From Sediminibacterium sp. (GTDB taxonomy: Bacteria > Bacteroidota > Bacteroidia > Chitinophagales > Chitinophagaceae): DNA of 64,000 bases. The notes below the pieces were generated by a model. The model had not been told where the DNA came from and searched no databases. It saw nothing but the letters and a program-made list of their open reading frames with translations. Below, in pieces: positions 1 to 8,781 of the stretch (the first letter of the stretch is position 1; each line of letters starts with the position of its first letter). The DNA lies in NCBI GenBank assembly GCA_046079965.1, contig JBJTTC010000066.1:7524-71523 (forward strand), given 5' to 3'. The position numbers and the translations under genes were made by a program.

Positions 1-284
1 AGATCATAAGTGGCATAGGTAAAGAAACCAAAGAGAGCTCCATAGATAGCGGCATGACCTAAACTATTTTTTTCAGCTGCAGGTAAGATCGCAAAAACAA
101 AAATTCCGACAATGAAGAGGGCATAAAAAATAAAAGCGGCTGTCCAGTTCACCTGATCACTCAGAAAGCCGCCCAAATGTTTTCTGTATAGATCCTTTGC
201 CACCCAACCGAGCCAGGTTAGGTCAATGGCAAAAAAAACAACAGCTGTTAATAGGTAGGCCAGTAAAAGTTTACCTGTATTCAT
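1..284 (-). CDS. DUF2177-like small membrane protein (N-terminal part; the gene runs off the left edge)
   Basis: Not in the ORF track because it is edge-truncated. A reverse-strand ATG at 284-282 opens MNTGKLLLAYLLTAVVFFAIDLTWLGWVAKDLYRKHLGGFLSDQVNWTAAFIFYALFIVGIFVFAILPAAEKNSLGHAAIYGALFGFFTYATYDL. It has several hydrophobic helices and the pattern I associate with DUF2177. Confidence 0.55.
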   Translation of the reverse strand, partial: MNTGKLLLAYLLTAVVFFAIDLTWLGWVAKDLYRKHLGGFLSDQVNWTAAFIFYALFIVGIFVFAILPAAEKNSLGHAAIYGALFGFFTYATYD

Positions 285-357
285 ATCCGTAATTTACATT
301 TTTTTGTTGAATACCTTACAGGGGAATCCGATGGCCTGCTTCATTTTTAAAATGAGT

Positions 358-1242
358 TCAGTGACCCGGGTATTTTTCTCCGGCAGAAATGGCAAAAGGA
401 AGTCTGTTTTGTGGTGGTGGGATAGGGCAGGTAGCAAAGTTGGTAAAAGCGCAGGGAGGATTGAAAGCGAGGTTGAAGTCCAGATAGATTTGATTGGCCT
501 CTTTATTTTTGGCAACATACAGGAAGCGACCTGTGGGATAAGTTGTTTTACCGCTGGTTGCATCAGCGAACAATACAAACCAGTAATTTCCTTCATTCAA
601 TACATCCAGTCGATAGGTTTTTTGTTGGTAGGTGAATACCAGTTGTCCGGGAGATGCTTCATTATTCACCTGTCCCAGAACATTTTGTATGGTGATGGTT
701 CCTGTCGGTGTTGGTTCAAAATAGGCAGGTATTTTCCAAATATGATTGACAGGAAATCTCGGCGGCGCTTTGAATTGCCTCAAAGCGGGTGCATTCAGGT
801 CGCGCAAGCGAATGCCCATTTTTTCTCCCCGAATGATTACATTGAATCGAAGTGATCCGATGGCGAGTTGAGGCTGATTGGCTTGTGTGGGGTTGTAGAT
901 AACCGTTGTATGGACAGTTTCATTGTTCAGCAATACCTGACTTCCCGGATGGCTGGTCCAAATGATTTCATTTTCAGTAACAGTTATATCGCCTGCCCAT
1001 TCCGGCATATCTGGATGATTGATTGGTATGCCTTTCTTACTATCTCTTCCTACGCTTGTTTTTCCCTTTTCCAACCAGAACAGTCCCGTTAGATTTATCC
1101 ATCCATCAGGCGCTTTTAAATCTATTAACCTTTGTTGATACCAATTTTTTACAGAATCCTCATAAGTCCGTTGCTGAGAGGAAGAGGACAGTGAAAATAG
1201 CAGTGCTAAGAAAATCAGGTGAATACGAAAAGCAGAATACAT
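358..1242 (-). CDS. DUF1684 domain-containing protein, secreted
   Basis: ORF track 358..1299. I start it at the internal ATG at 1242 (MYSAFRIHLIFLALLFSLSSSSQQ is signal-peptide-like), because the longer ORF would overlap the tRNA at 1294-1366. The C-terminal FNLAFNPPCAFTNFATCPIPPPQNRLPFAISAGEK is the characteristic DUF1684 motif. Confidence 0.8.
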   Translation of the reverse strand: MYSAFRIHLIFLALLFSLSSSSQQRTYEDSVKNWYQQRLIDLKAPDGWINLTGLFWLEKGKTSVGRDSKKGIPINHPDMPEWAGDITVTENEIIWTSHPGSQVLLNNETVHTTVIYNPTQANQPQLAIGSLRFNVIIRGEKMGIRLRDLNAPALRQFKAPPRFPVNHIWKIPAYFEPTPTGTITIQNVLGQVNNEASPGQLVFTYQQKTYRLDVLNEGNYWFVLFADATSGKTTYPTGRFLYVAKNKEANQIYLDFNLAFNPPCAFTNFATCPIPPPQNRLPFAISAGEKYPGH

Positions 1243-1293
1243 GCAAAGGATTTGAATGGGGGAATAAGATCCGAAGGGACTTGGTGAATGGTG

Positions 1294-1366
1294 AGCCAAC
1301 TATCGGATTCGAACCGACGACCCTTTCATTACGAATGAAATGCTCTACCAGCTGAGCTAAGTTGGC
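1294..1366 (-). tRNA. tRNA-Thr (anticodon CGT)
   Basis: The reverse strand reads GCCAACT-TA-GCTC-AGCTGGTA-GAGC-A-TTTCA-TTCGTAA-TGAAA-GGGTC-GTCGG-TTCGAAT-CCGAT-AGTTGGC-T. The acceptor (7 bp), D, anticodon and T arms all pair. The anticodon loop is TT-CGT-AA. No CCA is encoded. Confidence 0.93.
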
Positions 1367-1389
1367 TTGTAATTATTTGGGAAGTAAAA

Positions 1390-1425
1390 ATAAAAAAAAA
1401 TCGAAAACGCAAATTGAATGCGTTT
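1390..1425 (-). terminator. Rho-independent terminator after the TolC gene
   Basis: On the reverse strand, directly after the TolC stop (1427-1429): stem AAACGCA (1419-1425 rc) / TGCGTTT, 7-nt loop, then a run of T (A-run 1392-1400 on the + strand). Confidence 0.65.
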
Positions 1426-1426
1426 G

Positions 1427-2842
1427 TCATCGGAGTGTTCCTGCAGCCCACTGAACCTGATAAGCAGATATGAGGTATTTTACCCTGAGTTCGGTTTGTT
1501 TTTGAAGTGATTCCAGCCATTTTATCTCGCGGCTATTGACCAGGAAAAGGCTGCTTTCACCCTGAGAGAACCTCAATTCTTCATTCTTCAGTAATTGGCG
1601 GAGGTTGGTCTGAACCTGGTCGGTGAGCTGCAATTGTTCCCATTGACGAGTAAATTCAGTGTAGTAATAGCGAATTTTGTTTTCTGTTTGCCATCTTTTC
1701 GCCGAGAGTTCAATCGTAGATTCTTTTAATTTGATTTGGGCTCTCTTATACTCTCCTCTTCCCTGCCTGAAAAAAAGTGGCATGCTGAAGCCAACTCCCC
1801 ATCGATTGTTGTTTTGAAGGAAGCCGCTTTCCCAACCGGAAAAAACAGAATAATTGTTGTTCAAAACATTCGCTTTGACGCTGAAATACGGGAGTAGTTG
1901 CTGGAACTTTAATTTTTTATCAATTTCCATGCTGCTCACTTTGAGGGCGGCAGCGTTAAGCATTGGGTTGTCATCCAAGGCGGTTGCCAGCAATTCTTCC
2001 AATGGGGCATTGATGGCACGACCTCGGAATAAGGCAATTTCGGGTTGCAAGTTGTCGGCTAAGCGAACAGGCTGATCATCTGCCTGCCAGAGAAAATAGG
2101 AGAGTTCTAAGGCCATGTTATTCAACTTCATGGCAGCTTCCGACTGCAACAATTTAATTTGCTGCAATTGAGCATATGCCTCAACTGTATCCATTACAGA
2201 GCGATCGCCATTCTGCCAATTTATTCTTACGAGTTGCAGGCGGTTGGCTGCATTGATTGAGAACTGTGTTATCAGCTGATTGATTTCCCAGGCACCTGCC
2301 CAGCGCCAATACGCTGCATAAGTTTCTAAAAGAAGGTCATTGACTTGTGCCAGTCGGTCTTGGACACTCATCGTTTTCATCAATTTGGCCTGTTGCAGGG
2401 CAGCTCTTCTTTTATCGATGAGAAGTCCGTTGGCAAGAGGTACCTCAATTCCAAAGTAGCTCATTCTTCCTATACTCAGTTCCGGATTCGCAAAGAGTCC
2501 CCTGGTATTTTCCAGTCCTGTTCTAAGGGTAACTGGCGCAGCAAATGGTACTTGTAGTTCTCCGTTGGAATAATTGTAGTAATTCTGTCCGTCGAATGTT
2601 TTTCTGTTGACATCGTAACCCACTACAGGGTCAAAAGCTCCCCTGGCTGCAGTTAATTCAGCATCGGCTCTTTCTGTAATCAGCACAGCTTGCCGGGCTA
2701 CAGGATGGTATTTGCGCACCCATTCAAGTACATTGGGTAAAGAAAGGATTTCTCCACCGGGAACCGGCGCTTGGGCTGGTGCTGACAGGCATGCTATCAG
2801 ACCGATTATAAGGCAGGCCCATTTATTTTTTAGTCCCGCCAT
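1427..2842 (-). CDS. TolC-family outer membrane efflux protein
   Basis: ORF track 1427..2908. I start it at the internal M (MAGLKNKWACLIIGLIACLSAPAQA signal peptide), giving a 20-nt overlap with the upstream HlyD gene. Length of about 470 aa and the repeated helical/beta pattern are typical of TolC/OprM-family proteins. It is the last gene of an ABC-HlyD-TolC operon. Confidence 0.85.
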   Translation of the reverse strand: MAGLKNKWACLIIGLIACLSAPAQAPVPGGEILSLPNVLEWVRKYHPVARQAVLITERADAELTAARGAFDPVVGYDVNRKTFDGQNYYNYSNGELQVPFAAPVTLRTGLENTRGLFANPELSIGRMSYFGIEVPLANGLLIDKRRAALQQAKLMKTMSVQDRLAQVNDLLLETYAAYWRWAGAWEINQLITQFSINAANRLQLVRINWQNGDRSVMDTVEAYAQLQQIKLLQSEAAMKLNNMALELSYFLWQADDQPVRLADNLQPEIALFRGRAINAPLEELLATALDDNPMLNAAALKVSSMEIDKKLKFQQLLPYFSVKANVLNNNYSVFSGWESGFLQNNNRWGVGFSMPLFFRQGRGEYKRAQIKLKESTIELSAKRWQTENKIRYYYTEFTRQWEQLQLTDQVQTNLRQLLKNEELRFSQGESSLFLVNSREIKWLESLQKQTELRVKYLISAYQVQWAAGTLR

Positions 2843-4178
2843 TGCTGCTACTGGTTTCCGATTGATAATATTCAGGTGGGAATCCGTTGATGATTCGCCA
2901 TAGTTCATAATATACCCTTACATCTTTCAGCAGGGCTATGCCTTTGGCACCGCCTCCCATTCTCAGTTGTTTGGGCCAGGGGTGGGTAGGATCATCTTCT
3001 TTTACAAGTACCCTGAATTTTCCATTGGGACTAACATTGGTCTCAATAGCAGCCACTTTACCACCGAAGGTACCGATAGAACTTTGTGGCCATCCACTGA
3101 AAACGATGGCAGGAAAGCCGTCGAAGATAAAACGGACTTTTTGACCGATGGAAATCAAGGGGAGGTCCATCGGATCAATGAACAACTGAACAGCGAATTG
3201 TACCTTTTCCGGAACAATTTCTACCAGCATATCACCTTCTTTGAGCATTTCACCGATACCGGCTTTTTTCGCTTTGGTGATTTGTCCGCTCTGGGGTGCA
3301 CGAACGTAATACAGTTTATTTCGTGCATCGTAGTTAGCATAAAGATTGCGCAACTTGGCTACTTCTGCTTCCTCGGTTGCGGCTGCAGATAGTGCGCTGA
3401 AACGATCTCCCTCTGCCTTGGCAATTTTATCAGTGTATTCCTGCAGGGCACTTCTTTTTTCAATCAACAGGTTACTGATCTCTTGCTTGTTTTGAAGGAA
3501 TTTATTTTCTACGCTGATTTTTTTTGCTACTCCATTTTGAAAATTGGCTCTCCTTTTTTCTAATTCAATGAGAGCGATGCTTCCACTGTCGTACATAATT
3601 TTTCCCGCATCCAATTGTCTTTTGTAGATAGACAATTCATTTTGGGCAGCAATTAAATCATTGCTGTCGCTGGCTACTTTTAGGTATTGTTGCTGCAACT
3701 TGTTGTCTATGGAGCTCAGTTTCAGGTCGAGGGCATTTCTGAGTGCAGTCACCTGAAGTTGTGCTGTACCTGCTTTGTTGTTGTAATTATCGATGCTTTT
3801 TTCTTTGGCACCTACTTGTTCGTTGGTTCTTTTCAACAGCTCTGGATCGAAATAGTCTGTTTTAACTTCACCAAGTTGCAGGAGGGTATCTCCGGCATGC
3901 ACATAATCTCCTTCCTTCACGTACCATTTAACAACACTTCCCGGAATGACACTGTTAACTTCTTGTGGTCGTTGGTCTTGTTGCAGGGTAGTTACAGAAC
4001 CGGTAGCCCGAATGTTTTGTGTCCAGGGGAGAAACAAAATAACCAGTAAAACAAAGAGCGTCCAGTTCATCCATTTTTTAATTCGACTTTTTCGTTCAAT
4101 GTGGTAAATGGACTGGAAGGAGCGCAGCTTTGTGGAACTCAGTTCAGTTTCTATGGGCTTTGAAATAAATGGCTCCAT
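2823..4178 (-). CDS. HlyD-family membrane fusion (periplasmic adaptor) protein
   Basis: 451 aa. It has an N-terminal TM anchor (WTLFVLLVILFLPW), a lipoyl-like hairpin (GSVVKWYVKEGDYVHAGDTLLQL ... GQITKAKKAGIGEMLKEGDMLVEIVP) flanking a long coiled coil, then a beta-barrel domain. It sits 3 nt downstream of the ABC gene. Confidence 0.88.
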   Translation of the reverse strand: MEPFISKPIETELSSTKLRSFQSIYHIERKSRIKKWMNWTLFVLLVILFLPWTQNIRATGSVTTLQQDQRPQEVNSVIPGSVVKWYVKEGDYVHAGDTLLQLGEVKTDYFDPELLKRTNEQVGAKEKSIDNYNNKAGTAQLQVTALRNALDLKLSSIDNKLQQQYLKVASDSNDLIAAQNELSIYKRQLDAGKIMYDSGSIALIELEKRRANFQNGVAKKISVENKFLQNKQEISNLLIEKRSALQEYTDKIAKAEGDRFSALSAAATEEAEVAKLRNLYANYDARNKLYYVRAPQSGQITKAKKAGIGEMLKEGDMLVEIVPEKVQFAVQLFIDPMDLPLISIGQKVRFIFDGFPAIVFSGWPQSSIGTFGGKVAAIETNVSPNGKFRVLVKEDDPTHPWPKQLRMGGGAKGIALLKDVRVYYELWRIINGFPPEYYQSETSSSNGGTKK

Positions 4179-4181
4179 GAT

Positions 4182-5846
4182 CTATTTAATTTTTTCTAGT
4201 TTTCCCGCATTCATCTCGAAAACAACATCATACAAACTGATATCTTGTTTTTTGGCAATGATGATGGCAGTCGATTTTCGAAGTCGAATGAACTGAAGTA
4301 AGTTAATTTTATCTTGTAGGTTCAATTGTTGAAAGGGCTCTTCCAGCAACAATAGCCTGCTCTTGCCCATCAATGAACGTGTGAGTAGAATCCTTTGCCG
4401 TATGCTTTGAGTTAATCTTTTGCCTTGGGGGTCGAGCAAGGTATCGAATCCTTGCGGCTGTGATTGGATAAAAGGGGTAAGACCGGTATAAGCTGCTACC
4501 TCCATGATTTCTGCAATTGCAATCTGAGGATCTGCCATGGTGATGTTATCGAGCAGACTGCCTCGAAAAATGTCAAGTTGATTCAGCAATACACCTGTGT
4601 GTTGGCGGAGTGATGTAAGTGTATAATTTGATATGGGTAACCCATCTATCAGCACTTTGCCATCCACGTGTTTGAAAGCACCTGTCAACAGGCGGAAGAG
4701 ACTGGATTTTCCGCTTCCGGAAGGGCCGGTCAACAATGCCACCTGGCCGGGATTTATTGTGAGGTTGATTTGGTGTAAAATATTTTCGCTATTGGGATAA
4801 GCAAAGTTCACTTCCTGGAATTCAATTTTAGTTCCGATAGGAGAATCATTCAGTATAGCTGTTCCCTCATTTTCTACATCTGCACGGATAACCATATTCA
4901 TCTTTTCAATGGAAGTGAACATTTCATAAAAGGCATCGAGACTAAAAAGAAATTTCTCCACAGATCCGATGATTGCAATGATAACCAGATCAGCTGCAAT
5001 GAATTGTCCTATATTAATTTGCTGGTCAACAAGGAGGGTGGCACCAACTATCAGCATCGCTGCCGTGATGAGGGTTTTAAAGCCGATTAGGCTCCATGCT
5101 TGTGTAAGTAATATTTTAAAATAATTCGTTCTTGCCTGCAGATAGCCTGTACTGAGCTCGTCGGTTTTTTTAACTTGTATATCACAGTTGCGGGTGTATT
5201 TAAATGATTTGATCATTCTGGCAAGCTCCTGTAACCAAGAACCTACCTTGTATTTATACTCACTGGCTTCAAGTGCAGCGCTGAAGCCGGGTTGAACGGT
5301 AAAACGAATGATCAGAACAATGGTTAAAATCAGAATAGCTCCAAAAGCAATGAAGATGGGATGATAAAAAGAAAGCAGCATCAATCCTAAAGTCATTTGA
5401 ATGGCAGCTGTTGGTAAATCGAGTAATATTTTTTCAATTCCTTTTTGAAAAGAAGGAACTTCAAAATACCGGTTGACCAATTCAGGCAGATAGTACTGGT
5501 CCATCTTTTCAACATCCAGTCGGGGAATTCTATCCGCAAATTCCAGGGAATAACGGACAAATATTTTTTGTTTTAGTTTTTCTATTACCTGTAATTGGCG
5601 AACCTGGAGCAAACCTGCGATTAGGGTGCCGGATACTACCATGAAAATTAGCACGACGATCGAGGTAGAAATGGTGCCTGCGAGCACGAAGTTGATGATG
5701 GTTTGAATGCCGAGGGGTAGCGATAACTGAACCAGCCCCGCCAGTATGGCATAAAAATAAATCGAACTGATATCCGATCGATCTACTTTTAATAGGGCAA
5801 GCATTGAGCGGAAGACCTTTCCTGCCGATTGATAATGATTAGCCAT
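4182..5846 (-). CDS. ABC exporter half-transporter (6-TM domain + NBD, no C39 peptidase domain), with non-canonical ATPase motifs
   Basis: 554 aa. N-terminal type-I exporter TMD; Walker A is GPSGSGKSS. The signature reads LTQSI, Walker B reads LLLLEE, and the H-loop position is Lys (IIAKKQD). See findings. Confidence 0.88.
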   Translation of the reverse strand: MANHYQSAGKVFRSMLALLKVDRSDISSIYFYAILAGLVQLSLPLGIQTIINFVLAGTISTSIVVLIFMVVSGTLIAGLLQVRQLQVIEKLKQKIFVRYSLEFADRIPRLDVEKMDQYYLPELVNRYFEVPSFQKGIEKILLDLPTAAIQMTLGLMLLSFYHPIFIAFGAILILTIVLIIRFTVQPGFSAALEASEYKYKVGSWLQELARMIKSFKYTRNCDIQVKKTDELSTGYLQARTNYFKILLTQAWSLIGFKTLITAAMLIVGATLLVDQQINIGQFIAADLVIIAIIGSVEKFLFSLDAFYEMFTSIEKMNMVIRADVENEGTAILNDSPIGTKIEFQEVNFAYPNSENILHQINLTINPGQVALLTGPSGSGKSSLFRLLTGAFKHVDGKVLIDGLPISNYTLTSLRQHTGVLLNQLDIFRGSLLDNITMADPQIAIAEIMEVAAYTGLTPFIQSQPQGFDTLLDPQGKRLTQSIRQRILLTRSLMGKSRLLLLEEPFQQLNLQDKINLLQFIRLRKSTAIIIAKKQDISLYDVVFEMNAGKLEKIK

Positions 5847-5936
5847 TTATGCTGGTTGACAAAGGGGTTTAAACGGGCAAGCACCGGTTTTTTTGCCGGT
5901 GTAAAAGTATAACATTTTTTGCGTGGAGTGTTCAGT

Positions 5937-6206
5937 TCACTGGGTAATAGGCGCAAAGACATTCAGATCGATGTGTGCTTCAATATTCAGTTCCGGCTCC
6001 TTGTGCGAGCGGATTTTTTGCAGCCACTGGTCGAGACTGATTTTCAATTGTCCAATGCGTTTTTCGGCATGTTGTAATTCTTCACCAGATAATAAACCCG
6101 AGTCTATGCGTTTCTGGTGATATTGTATCTTAATTCCAAAAATATCGCTTACGATTTTGATGGCGTCTTGTTTGGGATAGCTTCCGTTGATCAGTGTCAA
6201 TTCCAT
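5937..6206 (-). CDS. Hypothetical 89-aa protein (predicted helical, no signal peptide)
   Basis: Only an ORF call: MELTLINGSYPKQDAIKIVSDIF...EELQHAEKRIGQLKISLDQWLQKIRSH. It sits between the icd stop (23 nt upstream) and the ABC gene start (90 nt downstream) on the same strand. I recognise no family. Confidence 0.45.
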   Translation of the reverse strand: MELTLINGSYPKQDAIKIVSDIFGIKIQYHQKRIDSGLLSGEELQHAEKRIGQLKISLDQWLQKIRSHKEPELNIEAHIDLNVFAPITQ

Positions 6207-6229
6207 GAGTAAATTTTAAGGTATTTTTA

Positions 6230-7681
6230 TTATTGTCCCTGCGCTGCTGTAAAGCCCGGAACACCATCAAATGTATATAGGTTTTCTGTTTTTATGATTT
6301 CAAGACCCTGTCCGTGAACTTCTTCCATTAGATTGAGCACATCGGAATAATACAAAAGACTTTCGTCGGAGGAAGTGAAACGACACCTCCAGTGATCGGT
6401 ACAGAAAGTTTCCGGAAATCCTCCGGGCCATACTTTGGTACCCCTGTTGGTGATCATTTTCAATGAAATTGGGTCGGCATTACTTTTTTGTAATTGAGCA
6501 GCCAGCTCTTCAGCATTCCTATTGGCAAAACGAATGAACAAATCTACTCCCACCAATTCTTTTGCTGTAGGCAAAGCCGGCTCATAATTGGTTTGAACAG
6601 GGGAAAGGCCTTGAGAGAACTCAACCTGTTTCAGGTAACTGGGTGTCTGACCGAGGCGACAGATGATTTCGTCTGCAAATTCTTGTGTTCCTACTTTTTT
6701 AACAGATGCACCTTCTTTGAAAATATCTGCCGTATGTATGCCGTATTCCAGTGTTTTTAGCCAGGCATTTTGAATACTTGCTGCTGCCTCGGGCAAATCA
6801 ATGTGCAAAAGCAGTTGAACTGCCGCCAATAGCAAACCGGAGGGATTGGCGATGTCTTTGCCTGCAATCATTGGTGCCGAACCATGGATGGCTTCAAAAA
6901 GTGCAAATTGATTTCCGATATTTACACTTCCCCCTAATCCAACCGATCCGGTAATTTGTGCAGCAACATCACTTAAAATATCTCCGTACAAATTGGGCAT
7001 TACAATAACATCAAATAACTCGGGGGTATCTGCCAGGCGTGCGGCGCCAATATCAACAATCAGGTGTTCTTTTTCTATTTCGGGATATTCGCTGCCAATT
7101 CGATCGAAGGTCTTATGGAACAATCCGTCGGTCAGTTTCATGATGTTGTCTTTTGTAAAGCAACTCACTTTTTTTCTTCCGCAGGAACGGGCATATTCGA
7201 ATGCATATCGGATGATTTTTTCTGTACCCGGTTTAGAAATCAATTTCAGGCATTGAATCACTTCATCTGTCTGCTGGTGCTCAATTCCTGCATACAGGTC
7301 TTCTTCGTTTTCACGAATTATGACCACATCCATCACCGGATGTTTGGTGGAAACATAAGGATGGTAAGATTGACAGGGCCGAATATTGGCATAAAGTCCC
7401 AATACTTTTCTAAGGGTAACATTGACACTTTTATAACCTCCGCCTTGGGGCGTAGTTATCGGACCTTTTAGAAAGAGGCGGTTCTTACGGAGGATGTCCC
7501 AGGCATTGGTGGGTATACCCGATTGATTTCCATTCATGTATGCCTTTTCTCCCACTACAATTTCATCCGTTTCAAGTGAGCAGCCGGCTGCCCGGATGAT
7601 GCGTAGTGTAGCATCCATGATTTCTGGTCCGATTCCATCGCCTTTGGCAATGGTAATGCGGGTTGGAATTTTAACATTCAT
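6230..7681 (-). CDS. icd: Isocitrate dehydrogenase (isocitrate/isopropylmalate dehydrogenase superfamily, about 480-aa form with a C-terminal extension)
   Basis: Motifs ITIAKGDGIGPEIMDA, LRKVLGLYANIRPC, VIIRENEEDLYAGIEH, NLYGDILSD and HGSAPMIAGKDIANPSGLLLA. Start chosen at ATG 7681 (MNVKIPTR...); the ORF-track start at 7708 is also possible. Confidence 0.9.
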   Translation of the reverse strand: MNVKIPTRITIAKGDGIGPEIMDATLRIIRAAGCSLETDEIVVGEKAYMNGNQSGIPTNAWDILRKNRLFLKGPITTPQGGGYKSVNVTLRKVLGLYANIRPCQSYHPYVSTKHPVMDVVIIRENEEDLYAGIEHQQTDEVIQCLKLISKPGTEKIIRYAFEYARSCGRKKVSCFTKDNIMKLTDGLFHKTFDRIGSEYPEIEKEHLIVDIGAARLADTPELFDVIVMPNLYGDILSDVAAQITGSVGLGGSVNIGNQFALFEAIHGSAPMIAGKDIANPSGLLLAAVQLLLHIDLPEAAASIQNAWLKTLEYGIHTADIFKEGASVKKVGTQEFADEIICRLGQTPSYLKQVEFSQGLSPVQTNYEPALPTAKELVGVDLFIRFANRNAEELAAQLQKSNADPISLKMITNRGTKVWPGGFPETFCTDHWRCRFTSSDESLLYYSDVLNLMEEVHGQGLEIIKTENLYTFDGVPGFTAAQGQ

Positions 7682-7727
7682 GGTGCAAAAATGCAGTGTA
7701 TTATTCATATAATTTTATTTATACTTA

Positions 7728-7742
7728 TTATCTTCGCGATAA
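7728..7742. promoter_or_regulatory. Candidate LysR-type T-N11-A box (TTATC-N5-GATAA)
   Basis: A perfect 5-5-5 inverted repeat, TTATCttcgcGATAA, lies in the short divergent spacer between icd (-) and the LysR-family gene (+), 10 nt upstream of the LysR ATG. Confidence 0.4.
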
Positions 7743-7751
7743 AATTGTCTT

Positions 7752-8681
7752 ATGAATTTCACGTTGCATCATTTGAAGGTGTTTCTGGTGGTGGCTGAAA
7801 TGAAAAGCATTACGCTGGCTGCTCGGGTATTGAATATGACCCAACCGGCTGTGTCAATTCAACTTAAGAATCTACAAGACCAGTTTGATTTGCCCCTGAC
7901 TGAATTAATTGGAAGAAAATTATATGTGACAGATTTTGGCCGGGAGATTGAGAACATAGCCCGGCGGGTATTGAGTGAAGTAGATTCCATTAAAGATCAT
8001 TCCCTGCGTTTCAAGGGGGTTTTGTCGGGAAAGCTGCGCATAGCTGCGGCATCCACAGGCAAATACATTTTACCCTATTACCTGAGAAATTTTTTAGCTG
8101 AAAATCCGCATGTTGAGCTTGACATGGAAGTGAGCAATAAAAACAAAGTAGTAGAACGGCTGCGAAACAATGAAGCTGACTTTGTACTGCTAACGGTTAT
8201 GCCAACCGATATGGATCTTTATGAGGAAGTACTAATGCCCAACCGGCTTTATCTTTTCGGAGCGACTGAAAATGTTCAGGGCATCCAGCAAAATCCCTCC
8301 AACACCCTGTTTCGGGATCTTCCCCTTATATTCAGGGAAGAGGGGTCTGGAACCAGGCATGTGATGCAGCAATTCTTTCAAAAATCGAACATCAGTCCGC
8401 GCATTGGTCTTTCCCTGAGTTCCACAGAAGCAGTAAAACAAGCAGTGCTGGCCGGTTTAGGATACTCGGTTTTGCCTTTGGTGAGTGTCGTAGATGAATT
8501 GATGCTCAACAAATTGTCTATCATACCTGTAAAAGGTTTTCCACTCCGCACTAACTGGAGATTGGTTTGGCTACAGAAGAAACAACTTACAGCCGTGGCA
8601 TCTGCCTTTTTAAGTTATATCAAAGAGCACAAACAGCACATCTACCAGACACATTTTTCGCATCTGGAGAAAATACATTGA
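7752..8681 (+). CDS. LysR-family transcriptional regulator
   Basis: The N-terminal HTH (LHHLKVFLVVAEMKSITLAARVLNMTQPAVSIQLKNLQDQFDLPL) plus a roughly 200-aa substrate-binding domain is the typical LTTR architecture (309 aa). Confidence 0.92.
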   Translation: MNFTLHHLKVFLVVAEMKSITLAARVLNMTQPAVSIQLKNLQDQFDLPLTELIGRKLYVTDFGREIENIARRVLSEVDSIKDHSLRFKGVLSGKLRIAAASTGKYILPYYLRNFLAENPHVELDMEVSNKNKVVERLRNNEADFVLLTVMPTDMDLYEEVLMPNRLYLFGATENVQGIQQNPSNTLFRDLPLIFREEGSGTRHVMQQFFQKSNISPRIGLSLSSTEAVKQAVLAGLGYSVLPLVSVVDELMLNKLSIIPVKGFPLRTNWRLVWLQKKQLTAVASAFLSYIKEHKQHIYQTHFSHLEKIH

Positions 8682-8781
8682 TGACCTGTTTCTAATTAGG
8701 TTTCTGAAATTTTTTGTTAAAGCAGCCATGGCTCCTAAACTTTGGTTGCTTTCATGGTTCTAACAGATACATTTTCCTGTT

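Noticed and set aside
1294-1366. tRNA-Thr as a possible genomic-island integration site
   Set aside because: The flanking genes (DUF1684 protein; TolC with its own terminator) look native. There is no integrase nearby, and I did not notice a duplicated tRNA 3' end.
5883-5902. Hairpin CACCGG-N8-CCGGTG between the 89-aa ORF and the ABC gene as a terminator
   Set aside because: On the coding (minus) strand the 6-bp stem is not followed by a U-tract, so it is not convincing as an intrinsic terminator.
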